NCBI GenBank assembly: GCA_002269645.1
Contig: NIVC01000667.1
Coordinates: 310,001 to 374,000 of the forward strand
Direction of reading: 5' to 3'
Source of the DNA: Macrostomum lignano
Lineage: Eukaryota
DNA: 64,000 bases
The notes below the pieces were generated by a model. That model ran no database searches. It worked only from the letters and a program-made list of their open reading frames with translations, and was not told where the DNA came from. The position numbers were made by a program, and so were the translations under genes. Below, in pieces: positions 1 through 12,818 of the stretch (positions within the stretch are counted from its first letter, which is position 1; every line of letters begins with the position of its first letter).

Positions 1-3000
1 CCGAAGATTCACTAACCCGAAGATTCACCAACCCGAAGATTTACTAACACGAAGATTCACCAACCCAAAGATTCACTAACACGAAGATTCACCAACCCGA
101 AGATTTACTAACACGAAGATTCACCAACCCAAAGATTCACTAACACGAAGATTCACCAACCCGAAGATTTACTAACACGAAGATTCACCAACCCAAAGAT
201 TCACTAACACGAAGATTCACCAAACCGAAGATTCACTAACCCGAAGATTCATTAACCCGAAGATTCACTAACACGAAGATTCACCAACCCGAAGATTCAC
301 CAAACCGAAGATTCACCAAACCGAAGATTCTCCAATAGGAGACACTGATAAGACCCGAAGATTCACCAACCCGAAGATTCACTAACCCGAAGATTCACCA
401 ACCCGGAGATTCACCAACCCGAAGATTCACTAACCCGAAGATTCACCAACCCGAAGATTCACTAACACGAAGATTCACCAACCCAAAGATTCACTAACAC
501 GAAGATTCACCAACCCGAAGATTTACTAACACGAAGATTCACCAAACCGAAGATTCTCCAATAGGAGACACTGATAAGACCCGAAGATTCACCAAACCGA
601 AGATTATCCAAAAGGAGACACTGATAAGACCCGAAGATTCACCAAACCGAAGATTCACTAACCCGAAGATTCATTAACCCGAAGATTCACTAACACGAAG
701 ATTCACCAACCCGAAGATTCACCAAACCGAAGATTCACCAAACCGAAGATTCACCAATAGGAGACACTGATAAGACCCGAAGATTCACCAACCCGAAGAT
801 TCACTAACCCGAAGATTCACCAACCCGGAGATTCACCAACCCGAAGATTCACTAACCCGAAGATTCACCAACCCGAAGATTTACTAACACGAAGATTCAC
901 CAACCCAAAGATTCACTAACACGAAGATTCACCAACCCGAAGATTTACTAACACGAAGATTCACCAACCCAAAGATTCACTAACACGAAGATTCACCAAC
1001 CCGAAGATTTACTAACACGAAGATTCACCAACCCAAAGATTCACTAACACGAAGATTCACCAAACCGAAGATTCACTAACCCGAAGATTCATTAACCCGA
1101 AGATTCACTAACACGAAGATTCACCAACCCGAAGATTCACCAAACCGAAGATTCACCAAACCGAAGATTCACCAATAGGAGACACTGATAAGACCCGAAG
1201 ATTCACCAACCCGAAGATTCACTAACCCGAAGATTCACCAACCCGGAGATTCACCAACCCGAAGATTCACTAACCCGAAGATTCACCAACCCGAAGATTC
1301 ACTAACACGAAGATTCACCAACCCAAAGATTCACTAACACGAAGATTCACCAACCCGAAGATTTACTAACACGAAGATTCACCAACCCGAAGATTCACTA
1401 ACACGAAGATTCACCAACCCGAAGATTTACTAACACGAAGATTCACCAACCCGAAGATTCACTAACACGAAGATTCACCAACCCGAAGATTTACTAACAC
1501 GAAGATTCACCAACCCGAAGATTCACTAACACGAAGATTCACCAACCCGAAGATTTACTAACACGAAGATTCACCAACCCGAAGATTCACTAACACGAAG
1601 ATTCACCAACCCGAAGATTTACTAACACGAAGATTCACCAACCCGAAGATTCACTAACACGAAGATTCACCAACCCGAAGATTTACTAACACGAAGATTC
1701 ACCAACCCGAAGATTCACTAACACGAAGATTCACCAACCCGAAGATTTACTAACACGAAGATTCACCAACCCGAAGATTTACTAACACGAAGATTCACCA
1801 ACCCGAAGATTTACTAACACGAAGATTCACCAACCCGAAGATTCACTAACACGAAGATTCACCAACCCGAAGATTTACTAACACGAAGATTCACCAACCC
1901 GAAGATTTACTAACACGAAGATTCACCAACCCGAAGATTTACTAACACGAAGATTCACCAACCCGAAGATTTACTAACACGAAGATTCACCAACCCGAAG
2001 ATTCACCAACCCGAAGATTCACCAACCCGAAGATTCACCAACCCGAAGATTCACCAACCCGGAGATTCACCAACCCGAAGATTCACTAACACGAAGATTC
2101 ACCAAACCGAAGATTCACTAACACGAAGATTCACCAAACCGAAGATTCACCAACCCGAAGATTCACCAATAGGAGACACTGATAAGACCCGAAGATTCAC
2201 CAAACCGAAGATTCACTAACACGAAGATTCACCAAACCGAAGATTCACTAACACGAAGATTCACCAACCCGAAGATTCACCAACCCGAAGATTCACCAAT
2301 AGGAGACACTGATAAGACCCGAAGATTCACCAAATCGAAGATTCACCAATAGGAGACACTGATAAGACCCGAAGATTCACCAAATCGAAGATTCACCAAC
2401 CCGAAGATTCACTAACCCGAAGATTTACTAACACGAAGATTCACCAAACCGAAGATTCTCCAATAGGAGACACTGATAAGACCCAAAGATTCACCAAACC
2501 GAAGATTCTCCAATAGGAGACACTGATAAGACCCGAAGATTCACCAAACCGAAGATTCTCCAATAGGAGACACTGATAAGACCCGAAGATTCACCAAACC
2601 GAAGATTCACTAACCCGAAGATTCACCAACCCGAAGATTCACTAACACGAAGATTCACCAACCCGAAGATTCACCAAACCGAAGATTCACCAAACCGAAG
2701 ATTCACCAATAGGAGACACTGATAAGACCCGAAGATTCACCAACCCGGAGATTCACCAACCCGAAGATTCACTAACCCGAAGATTCACCAACCCGGAGAT
2801 TCACCAACCCGAAGATTCACTAACCCGAAGATTTACTAACACGAAGATTCACCAACCCGAAGATTCACTAACACGAAGATTCACCAACCCGAAGATTCAC
2901 CAAACCGAAGATTCACCAAACCGAAGATTCACCAATAGGAGACACTGATAAGACCCGAAGATTCACCAACCCGGAGATTCACCAACCCGAAGATTCACTA

Positions 3001-3130
3001 ACCCGAAGATTCACCAACCCGGAGATTCACCAACCCGAAGATTCACTAACCCGAAGATTTACTAACACGAAGATTCACCAACCCGAAGATTTACTAACAC
3101 GAAGATTCACCAACCCGAAGATTCACTACC
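1..3130. repeat. 16-bp minisatellite (CCGAAGATTCAC[C/T]AAC) with interspersed 34-bp variants, inside a CPEB intron
   Basis: About 190 units read directly. The variant CCGAAGATTC[A/T]CCAATAGGAGACACTGATAAGAC recurs. Lines 1-540 are near-identical to 841-1380. Degenerate units continue at 3560-3615. The array runs off the left edge. Confidence 0.98.
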
Positions 3131-3253
3131 CCGAATGTTCACAAACCGAAAATCTTGAGTCGGAGAATTTATAAGCCTAAAGATTCACCAACTGGAAGTT
3201 TCACAAACGCATAGAAGATTTACTAACACAACAATAATATATAACAATCGATT

Positions 3254-3543
3254 ACCCCTGCCCCCTGCCCCACTATACAGATGTGCAACCGACAGCTCAG
3301 CCGCAGCTATTGCGCGGCGCATCTGAAGGCTGCGTACGGCTGTTCAGTCCAAGGACTGGGGGTCGCCACACACAGCCTCAATTACCCCAGCTAATGCTGG
3401 CACCCATTTTACAGCTGGGTGAACTGAAGCAATGCAGAGTTAGGTGTCTTCCTCAAGAACACAAATTGTTCTGAGTGGTTCAAGAATCGAACCCACGACC
3501 TTCCAGTCGTGAGTCCGACGCTCTGACCACTAGGCTACAGCCC
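3254..3543 (-). mobile_element. tRNA-derived CORE-SINE
   Basis: Minus strand: A box TAGCCTAGTGG (3537-3527), B box GGTTCGATTC (3493-3484), then TGTGTTCTTGAGGAAGACACCTAACTC...CTTCAGTTCACCCAGCTGTAAAATGGG (3463-3403), which resembles the MIR CORE domain, then a (GGGGCA)n tail. Confidence 0.85.
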
Positions 3544-3681
3544 ACAAAAAATCACCAATCTCACTAACCCGAAGATTCACAGATCTGTAGAAGATTCACC
3601 AACCCAAAGCTTCACTATCTTAAGATCTCGTCAACCAGCAAAGTGAACGAAACGGTCACACCGATCCCGGCAAACTCTGAC

Positions 3682-4579
3682 CTTCGTCAATGTCGGGCGG
3701 CAGGCCGCCAACGAAGACTTTCCTGCTGAATCGCTCCTCAGAGCGGACAGCGGCGAGAGCGGCGTTACCATTGGAGTCCATCGCGCCGGCTGTAGCGTCG
3801 ACGCTGTCAAGACAAGACCTCAGGCTGTCCAGCGGATTCCCTGTCCAGTCTAAGTTGCTGTGAAATTGTTGCTGTTGTTGTTGCCATGACGACGAGGAGT
3901 TACCGTGTCTCTGCTGCCATTTATTTGTCACAGACCAAGCTGTTGATGGAGACAACTGGCCGCCATTGCTGGAGAACCCCGATGGTCCTCCTCCATTGCT
4001 CCATCCTTTGTGCCCGCGGCCCTGACCTCCCTGCTGCTGCTGCTGCTGCGAATTGCCATTGAAGTTTGACGGCCCAGAACGTCCACCGCCGCCAGTGATG
4101 GGCCGCTTCTGCTGGTGCTGCTGTCCGCGAGGCGGCGGCACTGCAAACTGCTGCTGCTGAATGCCTGGAAACTCTTCTGGCCAAGCCGAGGATGGCGGAG
4201 GAAGGCAGGTCAGCTGAGCCAGCAGTTGATCAGCTGTTTGCATCCAGTCGATGTTAGCGCTCTGCTGCTGCTGATGCTGCTGAGGCGGCAGCAGTGGCAT
4301 GAAGTCGGGTCCGCAAACAGCTGGGTTGAATTCAGCATTGGAAGTGGTTGCTGTGAGGAAGTTCAGCGTGGCGCTTGGGTCTTCGCTATGGCTGTTAGCA
4401 AAGGCTGAGGCACTCGAGCCTGTTGCTGTCGATGTTAATAGCTGAGACACGTCTGGACCAGCAGCCAAGGACGATGTCAAATCGAGAAAGTCCAGATTCG
4501 ATGATGGGCCAACATGAGTAGATGAGGCACCATTTGTGTCAGTGCGGAATGAGTTCATGATATTTTGTGGGTGAAGCAT
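3682..4579 (-). CDS. CPEB: CPEB2/3/4-Orb2-type cytoplasmic polyadenylation element-binding protein; first coding exon, gene continues off the left edge
   Basis: Q/S/G/N-rich N-terminus, then EERFSRKVFVGGLPPDIDE (RRM1 start typical of CPEB2-4/Orb2). Donor G|GTCAGA at 3681, phase 1. Start Met could be 4579 or 4558. Confidence 0.92.
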
Positions 4580-4688
4580 AAATAAAAAATGCTTTGTAAT
4601 TAAGTTATTATAGTTAGATCATATCTACTTAACTTAAGCCTTCACATGAAAAAAATAAATTGTATATATAAGCATTGTAAAAAAAACC

Positions 4689-5181
4689 AGAGTTCCAATA
4701 TAGCTATAGATATGGCTATGGGAAGTTACAAATATGGAGTTTTTTGCCAAAGCACATGGATATGGATATAGTTATGGGAATATATACTTCCGATATCTAG
4801 TAACACCACTCAATTGAGAATTGAAAGACAATTGGAGCTATTGACTTGATAGGGTTAGGGCAATAGAAATAAATGAATGTTGCCAGTTCCTGGAAAGTCC
4901 CTGGAAATCAAGACTTAACCATCAATATAGATTTTTAATACTATATCCATATTGTATTTATAGTTGGACAATATGGGGTAAAGATAAATCTTTTCACCTT
5001 CAAAGGGGAGCTTTCAAGTCCCTGAATAGATTTGGGACTTAGCAAAAGATTTTTGATGCCACATGCATGCTGTGATTTATATACTAGCTATGGATATAGA
5101 TATGGATGGCTATAGAAATTTTTCTCAAGATATAACTTATGGATAGATATAGATACAAAAAAATGTTTCTGATCGAACTCT
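4689..5181. mobile_element. Putative hAT-like MITE
   Basis: Termini AGAGTTC...GAACTCT; exact 8-bp flanks AAAAAACC (4681-4688, 5182-5189); subterminal (ATATGG/ATATAG)n at both ends. The TIR is short and the TSD is low-complexity. Confidence 0.5.
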
Positions 5182-8100
5182 AAAAAACCTATATACTTAT
5201 TAATTTGCTTAACTTATTTACTTACTAAACTTAAAAAACTTTTCTTGTAAGCTTAAGTTTGCTATGACTATGACTTATCAATATTGCTCTAAAAATAGAA
5301 ATATTTTAGGATAAAAAGAATCAAATTTCCAAATTAATTCAGATGCAAAAATAAATGCCTGCCTAATGTATGAAATAATCTAATAAATTTTTGCTGGACT
5401 TCTAATTTTATTTTTTTGGAAATGGATAAATTGAAAGTAAAGTACAGTATCATTACATAACAGTATTAATACGATGTAAAAAGATGTTAAAGATAAATGG
5501 TCCAAATGTTTCACAAATTCTAACTAATTTATTTACACACGCACAACGAACATAGCCTAGACTCATAAGTACGAGCTAAGATAAGTTTACTAGCCTTAGC
5601 ATACACTGCAGAGTGCAGACTGCGGTGCAGAGGCCAGCAATCGCTAAGTGACAAGTGAGTAAGTACAATTCCTGAAAATACATTAACCGAAGAGGAGAAC
5701 AGTTTGAACAAGAAACGAACTGCAGAGGCATAGAAAGCAGGCACTAATACGAAGACGTCACAAGTGACAACTATGCTATGCCATGCATCAGGCAACAAAC
5801 AAAAAAGGCTGAAATGGATTGCGATCATTGCGTTAAAACTGTTAAAACTATAAACATGCCACGTTGAAAAACATTGCTCAAACATTTGCAAATATAAACA
5901 AAGTGTGATATTTTAATTGAAAAAATCGCTTCTTTACCTTATAAAATTTAAGATTATTCTATTTTTAAAGTATGAAGTTAGTAGTTAAAGCTTATGTATT
6001 GCTTAATTTATTTTTTTAAGTTTTAGTAACGTTGACTTGTGTTGAACCTGTACTGGCCATCGACACTCTCGTCTTGCTTACACGTGTTATATAATTTAGT
6101 CAATATTTGAAAATCGAAAATGCTAGTTGCTTCGTTAGGTAGGTAGGGCTTCTACTTAGTTAGTACTGGAAGTTTAGTATGTTTGTATTTCTCGGCAGAT
6201 ATTATTCTGACAGGCATTTAAAAAGATCCTCTAGGCTCTAGAGTCTCGCTGTAGTCTCTATTTTGAAAGAATTAGCTAGGCGCTAGACCTAACGCCGGCA
6301 ATTTTAATAAAGAAGCGCACGTTTAATTATTTTATAGCTAAGCATGATATTTCACCCGATAGTTCTTTGATTTAAATATTAGAAAAGTGAAGTAATATTC
6401 TCAACTAGGCCTATGCAAAGCAAACCTGTCTTTATTCAGTTTAGGGCCTACTATAGTATAAACAAGCCTAGGCCTATTTGAGTCTTAGGCCTACTCTTAA
6501 GCCTAGTAAACAAAAATGTTATACATTTAGGCTAGGCTATCCATTTGTATTGTATCCATATATATTGCACTTAGGCCCTATGATTTATTAAAATTATACT
6601 AAAATGGCAATGTTGAATCTGAATAGGGCCTATATTGTAAGAAAAAACTGTCTAATTTAATTAAATGAATTATGATGCCAATGATGATTAGGCCTAGGCC
6701 CTATATCACTAGGCCTTATAGGCTTTTTAGTACAAATATTACTTTGGCCATGAACTTTTTATAACCTTTTCTGTCAACTATTCTATCAATTTTTCTGTTA
6801 AGGAATGCCTGAATCCTTGAATCCTATATGGTTGATTCTAGGCCCCATCAATTTTATATTGTTTGCATATTTATAACTTTGAAAATAATTAGGGCATAAA
6901 ATACATTATTGGGCCTAGCATTATTAATTATATTTAAATGCACTGAGCATTTTTTAAAGGTTCAATGTTATATTTATAATATTTAGGGCCTATCATTATT
7001 TTATATTTAAATTATAGGCCTAGCCTAGTTATATTTTATAATTATATAGTAATATTTTTTATAGTTATACTTTAATTATACTTATACTTTTATAAATTAT
7101 AGTTATATATATAATTATTTGCTTTTATGTATAGGCCTAGGCCTACATATATAAGGGCATCATTAGACAGATAAGGAAAATATGCCCCCTTCCCAATAAA
7201 GCTATGGGCCAAGGGACATGTCAATGCTTTTTGTCTTTGTCCAAGAAAGTAGTAGTAGAGCAAGAATTTAGGTTACAATGCCTATCTAGCTAGAATCCAT
7301 TTTGTTTATGCTAGAATAATAGGTCTAGCATAGCATAGGTATTAGTTGGATTTGATAAACATTAGGCCTTAGCCTAGATTTGAATAGACTAAACTGCTAT
7401 TATTGCAACTTGGGTTTGAATTTTAAATAGCCTATGTATTTTTATTATAAGTTTTGTTGTATAGGGCCTAAAAAACTCAGAAAGAAAAAGCATAAATAAA
7501 ACATTATATTAGAACATTATTTCAAAAATGAAAGTAGCACTATATCAAACATAAAAAATCATTGGGGAATTGCTATGATGTCAAAGCTTATAGGATAATT
7601 ATTAAGCTGCCAAGACTAGATTGCTAGTAAAGCAAACAAATAAATAATATTAGGCTTAGCTAGATATGCATATATATAAACTAAAGTTTTAAGTAGGGAA
7701 TCAACATTTTCATGCAAAAATATAGGCATGCCCCCCTTTGGGTCTTTATCCCTAAGATCCACCTTTTCTATATATGTAACAGCTAGCCAACCTAGCCAAT
7801 GTAGCTAATATAAATTGTGGCAGTCCAAAGGAAAGTAAAAAAATCAACAACCAAACAGGAAAAAGACAAGAAAGCAAAGAAACAATAAGGAAGACAGGCA
7901 AGAGGGACAAAAGAAAGCTATAAAAGTGGCACAATTAAACAAGAATCCAGCTCTTAATGACAAAATATAATAAACCATTTGGGTAATTATTGCCTAATAG
8001 ACAAAATATTGTTATTGACTTACTAAAATATGAAAAAGGATAAAATATATCAGCTTTGAATGCTATTTTTAGTCCTGATATAACATTTTCAGATGCAGAA

Positions 8101-8189
8101 ATTTAAACTCATTTTTAATATGTGCACATAAAACACCTAAGAACACCTAAAAATTCATAACTGCAGCACAGATTCTTATCCAACATAAA

Positions 8190-10040
8190 ATGGTTGATGA
8201 AGCAACAAAGAAGACTTTGGCAGCAATTCCGCTGTTAAAGACCAAAGCTGGTCCAAGAGATGCAGATCTCTGGGTCCAGCGGCTCAAGGAGGAATACCAG
8301 GCCCTCATCCAGTATGTGCAGACTAATAAACAGGCAGACAATGACTGGTTCCGATTGGAGTCAAATCAGGAAGGCACTCGCTGGTTTGGCAAGTGTTGGT
8401 ACTATGACCAGCTTAAAAGGTGGGAATTGCTTACTGGCTTTCCCTGCTTTCAGCTTTAACCAACGTTTGTTGGTTTGAGTTGTGAATTTCCGCCCCCTAG
8501 ATGATTGGGTTGTGAATTTCCGCCCCCTAGATGATTGGGTTGTGAATTTCCGCCCCCTCTAGGAGTCTAGGTGATTGGGTTGTGAATTTTCACCCCCTCT
8601 AGGAGTCTAGGTGATTGGGTTGTGAATTTTCACCCCCTCTAGGAGTCTAGGCATACATGCGCAACCTCCGAAATTCGGTCGGCCATGCGACTTAGTTTTA
8701 ACAAAAATGCGACGTAGTTTTTGGCCAAAAATGCGACTTACATGTAAAAAAAACCCTAAAGCAAAATTAACGCAACTTTAGGTACACGGCAGGAGTAACT
8801 ATGACTGTGTTATTAATCCAAAATGCCTCGTCAGCTACTTAGTACTACTATTTGGTTATTTTTCGGGTGGGCATTTTTGCGACTTCCTTGGTTGGCCGCC
8901 AAATCGGTCGGCCGGATCGGCCGACTCGGCCGACTGTTGCGCATGTATGAGTCTAGGTGATTGGGTTGTGAATATCTACCCTCTCTAGGAGTCTAGGTGA
9001 TTGGGTTGTGAATTTCCACCCCCTCTAGGAGTCTAGGTGATTGGGTTGTGAATTTTCACCCCCTCTAGGAGTCTAGGTGATTGGGTTGTGAATATCTACC
9101 CTCTCTAGGAGTCTAGGTGATTGGGTTGTGAATATCTACCCTCTCTAGGAGTCTAGGTGATTGGGTTGTGAATATCTACCCTCTCTAGGAGTCTAGGTGA
9201 TTGGGTTGTGAATTTCCACCCCCTCTATGAGTCTAGGTGATTGGGTTGTGAATTTTCACCCCCTCTAGGAGTCTAGGTGATTGGGTTGTGAATTTTCACC
9301 CCCTCTAGGAGTCTAGGTGATTGGGTTGTGAATATCTACCCTCTCTAGGAGTCTAGGTGATTGGGTTGTGAATTTCCACCCCCTCTAGGAGTCTAGGTGA
9401 TTGGGTTGTGAATTTTCACCCCCTCTAGGAGTCTAGGTGATTGGGTTGTGAATATCTACCCTCTCTAGGAGTCTAGGTGATTGGGTTGTGAATTTCCACC
9501 CCCTCTAGGAGTCTAGGTGATTGGGTTGTGAATTTCCACCCCCTCTAGGAGTCTAGGTGATTGGGTTGTGAATATCTACCCTCTCTAGGAGTCTAGGTGA
9601 TTGGGTTGTGAATTTCCGCCTCACGCCCCTCCCTAATGATTAGTTTTCTAATCTAATTAATAGATTAGTCTACATGAACACCAAATATTGCTGCAGCCTA
9701 CCATATCCCTACTCCCCATCTCGCACTCAACTATTGTAATGAAATTTCGAGTACAAACCCCGGCAGATACGAGTTCAACGTAGAGTTCGACATCCCAGTG
9801 ACTTATCCCACAACCGCTCCGGAGATCGCGATCCCCGAGTTGGACGGCAAAACCGCTAAAATGTATCGCGGCGGTCGCATCTGTCTCACCGATCATTTCA
9901 AACCGCTGTGGGCCAGAAATGTACCAAAATTTGGCATCGCCCAGGCCATGGCACTCGGCCTGGGGCCTTGGCTAGCGGTGGAGATACCCGACCTCATTGC
10001 CCGCGGTGTTGTTGTGCACAAGGATGACCAGGATAGCTGA
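8190..10040 (+). CDS. UFC1: Ubiquitin-fold modifier-conjugating enzyme 1 (UFM1 E2), 167 aa
   Basis: Exons 8190-8419 and 9767-10040 (phase-2 GT-AG intron), 504 nt in total. Motifs [70 protein letters not shown]. Confidence 0.97.
8480..9620. repeat. 40-bp minisatellite (GTGATTGGGTTGTGAATTTCCACCCCCTCTAGGAGTCTAG) in the UFC1 intron
   Basis: About 20 units; the first two are 30-bp precursors; interrupted by a MITE at 8652-8949. Confidence 0.96.
8652..8949. mobile_element. hAT-like MITE, 298 bp
   Basis: Perfect 14-bp TIR CATACATGCGCAAC / GTTGCGCATGTATG; 8-bp TSD AGTCTAGG (8644-8651, 8950-8957); subterminal TCGGCCG repeats. Neighbouring repeat units show the empty site. Confidence 0.92.
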
Positions 10041-10185
10041 GCTACGGCTGATAATTCTTATTTATTCAATCATTGTTGTGTGTCATTGCTGTGCTTTTTG
10101 GTAAATCCTTTAAAAATCGTTGTCGAGATTTTTTCTTTTAATCTCAACCCTAATATTGTTAATTCGTAGGCCCATGATCACGATT

Positions 10186-10668
10186 TTAGATCCCATAGTC
10201 CCAGTTCTAGATCACATAGTCCCAGTTCTAGATCCCATAGTCCCAGTTCTAGATCCCATAGTCCCAGTTCTAGATCCCATAGTCCCAGTTCTAGATCCCA
10301 TAGTCCCAGTTCTAGATCCCATAGTCCCAGTCCTAGATCCCATAGTCCCAGTTCTAGATCACATAGTCCCAGTTCTAGATCCCATAGTCCCAGTTCTAGA
10401 TCCCATAGTCCCAGTTCTAGATCACATAGTCCCAGTTCTAGATCCCATAGTCCCAGTTCTAGATCCCATAGTCCCAGTTCTAGATCCCATAGTCCCAGTT
10501 CTAGATCCCATAGTCCCAGTTCTAGATCCCATAGTCCCAGTTCTAGATCCCATAGTCCCAGTTCTAGATCCCATAGTCCCAGTTCTAGATCCCATAGTCC
10601 CAGTTCTAGATCCCATAGTCCCAGTTCTAGATCCCATAGTCCCAGTTCTAGATCCCGTAGTCCCGTAG
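10186..10668. repeat. 21-bp minisatellite (GTTCTAGATCCCATAGTCCCA) downstream of the UFC1 stop
   Basis: About 23 near-identical units; source of the (PIVPVLD)n ORF. Confidence 0.97.
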
Positions 10669-11377
10669 CTTTGACTGGGCGCGACTTGCAGACTCATTCA
10701 GACTTGCAGAATCAGTGTTTCGAATATTGAATTATGCATTATACTTTCTATTTATTATCTGTAATCGTTTATTTTATTATAAAAAAGCTTAGATTATGAC
10801 TTTTTTCCGATCGAGGTGACGGTGACTAATCATCTATCTATCTTGCTAATCAACGAGGTTACACCTGTAATTCAATGTCAGATACCTGTATTGAACTACA
10901 TTTTAGTGCTTACAGCTTAACCTATGTCCACGTTTTAATTTCAACTATGCATATGCATTAATAAAAATACAGATTTATTTGACAAATATTTCTCTCATGG
11001 AATACTCTTTGAATGAAATTAAATCTGATTTCTTTCAGACTTTATTATTTTTTAATGTTATGAGTAAAACGTATTTATTTGTATTTTTCAGAATACTGTG
11101 TTTATACTATTCACTGTATTAAGTAGCTTATTATTAGTTTTTCATAATAGTAAATTTACGGTTATTATAAACAAATTTACTAAGGACAGGTTATGACTAA
11201 TGTGGCGATTGCAGTTCACTCGTGCATTTATCATCTAAAAATCTATTTTTGCCGTTATGCTAAAAATTTTGAGCAGCTTTACATTTACTCCCGCACATCT
11301 TTTGAGCATAGCAGTAACATGCATGGACAAGGCCATCGCTAAGACGGATAGCTTTCACAAGCTCCAAACTTCAAGCG

Positions 11378-11815
11378 ACAGAAAGACAGAAACACACAGA
11401 CAGACACTGAGACAGACAGACACTGAGACAGACAGACACACAGACAGACACTGAGACAGACAGACAGACAGACACTAAGACAGACAGACAGACAGACAAA
11501 CAGACACACAGACAGACTGACACACAGACAGACAGACACTGAGACAGACAGACAGACAGACACTAAGACAGACAGACACACAGACAGACAGACAGACAGA
11601 ATCACACAGACAGACAGAAACACACAGACAGACAGACACTGAGACAGACAGAATCACACAGACAGACAGACACTGAGACAGACAGAATCACACAGACAGA
11701 CAGACACTGAGACAGACAGAATCACACAGACAGACAGACACTGAGACAGACAGAATCACACAGACAGACAGACACTGAGACAGACAGAATCACACAGACA
11801 CATACAGACAGGCAA
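11378..11815. repeat. Compound (CAGA)n/(CA)n microsatellite
   Basis: Direct reading. Confidence 0.95.
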
Positions 11816-12035
11816 GCAGACGGAAAGAATCGCAAGTCTCTGCACCAAGCCAAAGGAATGAACAGGTTGGCTGATTGCCTCACTGAAGACCTGAAAATAC
11901 TATAATACGCATCGCGTACGGTTCCGTGTACGTTCGTTATGTAGTATCAAGAGTGTTGTAAAAAATCTGCACAAATACTTTGGAGCTAACTACGTGCTCA
12001 AACAGACTCGCGCGATCTGTTATCTAGATCTGCTT

Positions 12036-12693
12036 CTAGACTGAGAAGCACCCGCTCGCAAGTTCATTCAGTTCGGCCTTTGTCAGCCTGCTGAACTGCC
12101 CGACTGTCCGGGCTCCTACGCCCGACTCCGTCTTTGTCGCCTTTGTTACCAGCAGAAACAGGCTATCGACTGGGAATCTGTGCCGATGCCTGGCACTGTG
12201 CCCGGCATAGCCCAGGTGTAGGAACCGGTGAATCGCCAGGGTTCTGTCCGTGATCCATGCGCTGCTGTTGGCCTCCACAAGCTGTTGGCAGGCATCGAGC
12301 TTCAGCTGGGCTGACGTTGATGGCGGCTGTCTGGCAGTCAACTGGTGTTTTGTTAGACGCGCTGAAATGACAGTTTAATGCATGTGTTTATCTTATACAG
12401 GTGAAACTTCTGTAACAGGTGTGTGACACTGTCCTCTCTAACTAGTGACACAGTTTCCATGACACATTACAACACTCACAGCAAATATCTCGGAGGCCCG
12501 CTGATCGATCAGGCAGAGGTGAGAACACGTGCGGTTGAAGTACGCGGAGTCCGCCACGCTGGCTGATCAGGTAATTGCGTTGGAATAGCTTTAGCTGGCT
12601 TGTTAGGTAGAGCGGGCCCGTGGTGCGAATGATGTCTGCGTCTGTGGGATGTTTTATTGGTGATTGATCTGTTATCTATCTATCTATCTATCC

Positions 12694-12728
<35 letters not shown>

Positions 12729-12738
12729 CATCTCTATA

Positions 12739-12774
<36 letters not shown>

Positions 12775-12781
12775 CATCTAT

Positions 12782-12818
<37 letters not shown>

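Noticed and set aside
3470-3543. tRNA gene
   Set aside because: A and B boxes are present, but there is no acceptor-stem pairing and it is followed by a CORE domain; it is a SINE head.
10120-10697. ORFs (PIVPVLD)n and (TMGSRTG)n
   Set aside because: Translation of a stop-free 21-bp repeat.
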